A stretch of 64,000 nt of DNA from the IMG/VR virus record IMGVR_UViG_3300027734_000039. The stretch is one strand, 5' to 3'. The position numbers and the translations under genes were made by a program. The stretch is from a virus. Positions 63,752-64,000 of this stretch are shown piece after piece. The first letter of the stretch is position 1; each line of letters opens with the position of its first letter. The notes beneath the pieces were generated by a model that saw nothing but the letters and a program-made list of their open reading frames with translations, ran no database searches and was not told the origin of the DNA.

Positions 63752-64000
63752 ATGCCTTTTAACATAAACGCTCTAAAAGCAAATATAGAAGATTTTGGTT
63801 ATTTAAAAAATAATCAATATCAAGTTTTCATTAGCCCTCCGAAAGTGCTATTCAGTACTTCTTTGGCTAATTCCACAGGGTTTAGAACATTAAACCAACT
63901 TTCTAGAATACAAACTTTTAGAATAGATCAAGTTAAGGCTCCTGGAATTTCTTTACTTTCGGCTGACATCAATCGTTATGGCGTTGGTACATCAAATAAG
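63752..64000 (+). CDS. Tail-tube-related baseplate protein (gp54/gp19-like), 5' part; runs off the window
   Basis: MPFNINALKANIEDFGYLKNNQYQVFI.PP...RIDQVKAPGISL...INRYGVG; resembles the gp19 N-terminus MPFNISAFK; AGGA RBS. Confidence 0.65.
   Translation, partial: MPFNINALKANIEDFGYLKNNQYQVFISPPKVLFSTSLANSTGFRTLNQLSRIQTFRIDQVKAPGISLLSADINRYGVGTSNK

Noticed and set aside
1-64000. Stop-codon reassignment, introns, inteins, homing endonucleases, tRNAs
   Set aside because: Conserved genes (gp17, gp18, gp20, gp23, gp46, uvsW) translate full-length in the standard code without insertions of that type; no tRNA-like cloverleaf was recognised in the short intergenic gaps, though this was by eye only

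Overview
This window is 64 kb of an AT-rich T4-like (Tevenvirinae/Kyanoviridae-type) myovirus genome, almost all coded on the minus strand. At the left end is a sigma70-promoter-driven gene that runs off the edge and is absent from the ORF track; it encodes a TET/JBP-family 2OG-Fe(II) nucleic-acid dioxygenase. Next come a MazG-like NTP pyrophosphatase, a DenV-like glycosylase, a peptide deformylase homologue that has lost its catalytic residues, gp46/gp47, a frameshifted gp55 late sigma factor, uvsW and uvsY. The head/tail/neck module follows (gp3, 23, 22, 21, 20, 19, 18, 17, 16, 15, 14, 13). After it are five 2OG-Fe(II)/cupin oxygenases, three of them behind a late promoter, and a ~17 kb mosaic array of fibre, adhesin and chaperone genes with polyglycine, LamG and S74 domains and GC-rich swapped cassettes. 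The baseplate module (VrlC/DUF4815-like, gp8, gp9/10-like fibre, gp7-like, gp6, gp25, a gp5 split across separate genes, hub, gp53, gp48) and the divergent gp4, gp2 and gp54-like genes close the window. The strongest leads are the hidden TET/JBP gene, the pseudo-deformylase, a virion-wide small-residue-Asn-Thr/Ser signature next to the oxygenase cluster (possible virion-protein modification system), the split lysozyme-less gp5, and an apparent DGGxF / IQxKRS daisy-chain grammar in the fibre genes. No tRNA, rRNA, CRISPR array, intron or transposase was recognised. All assignments come from motif recognition and synteny by eye; no searches were run.
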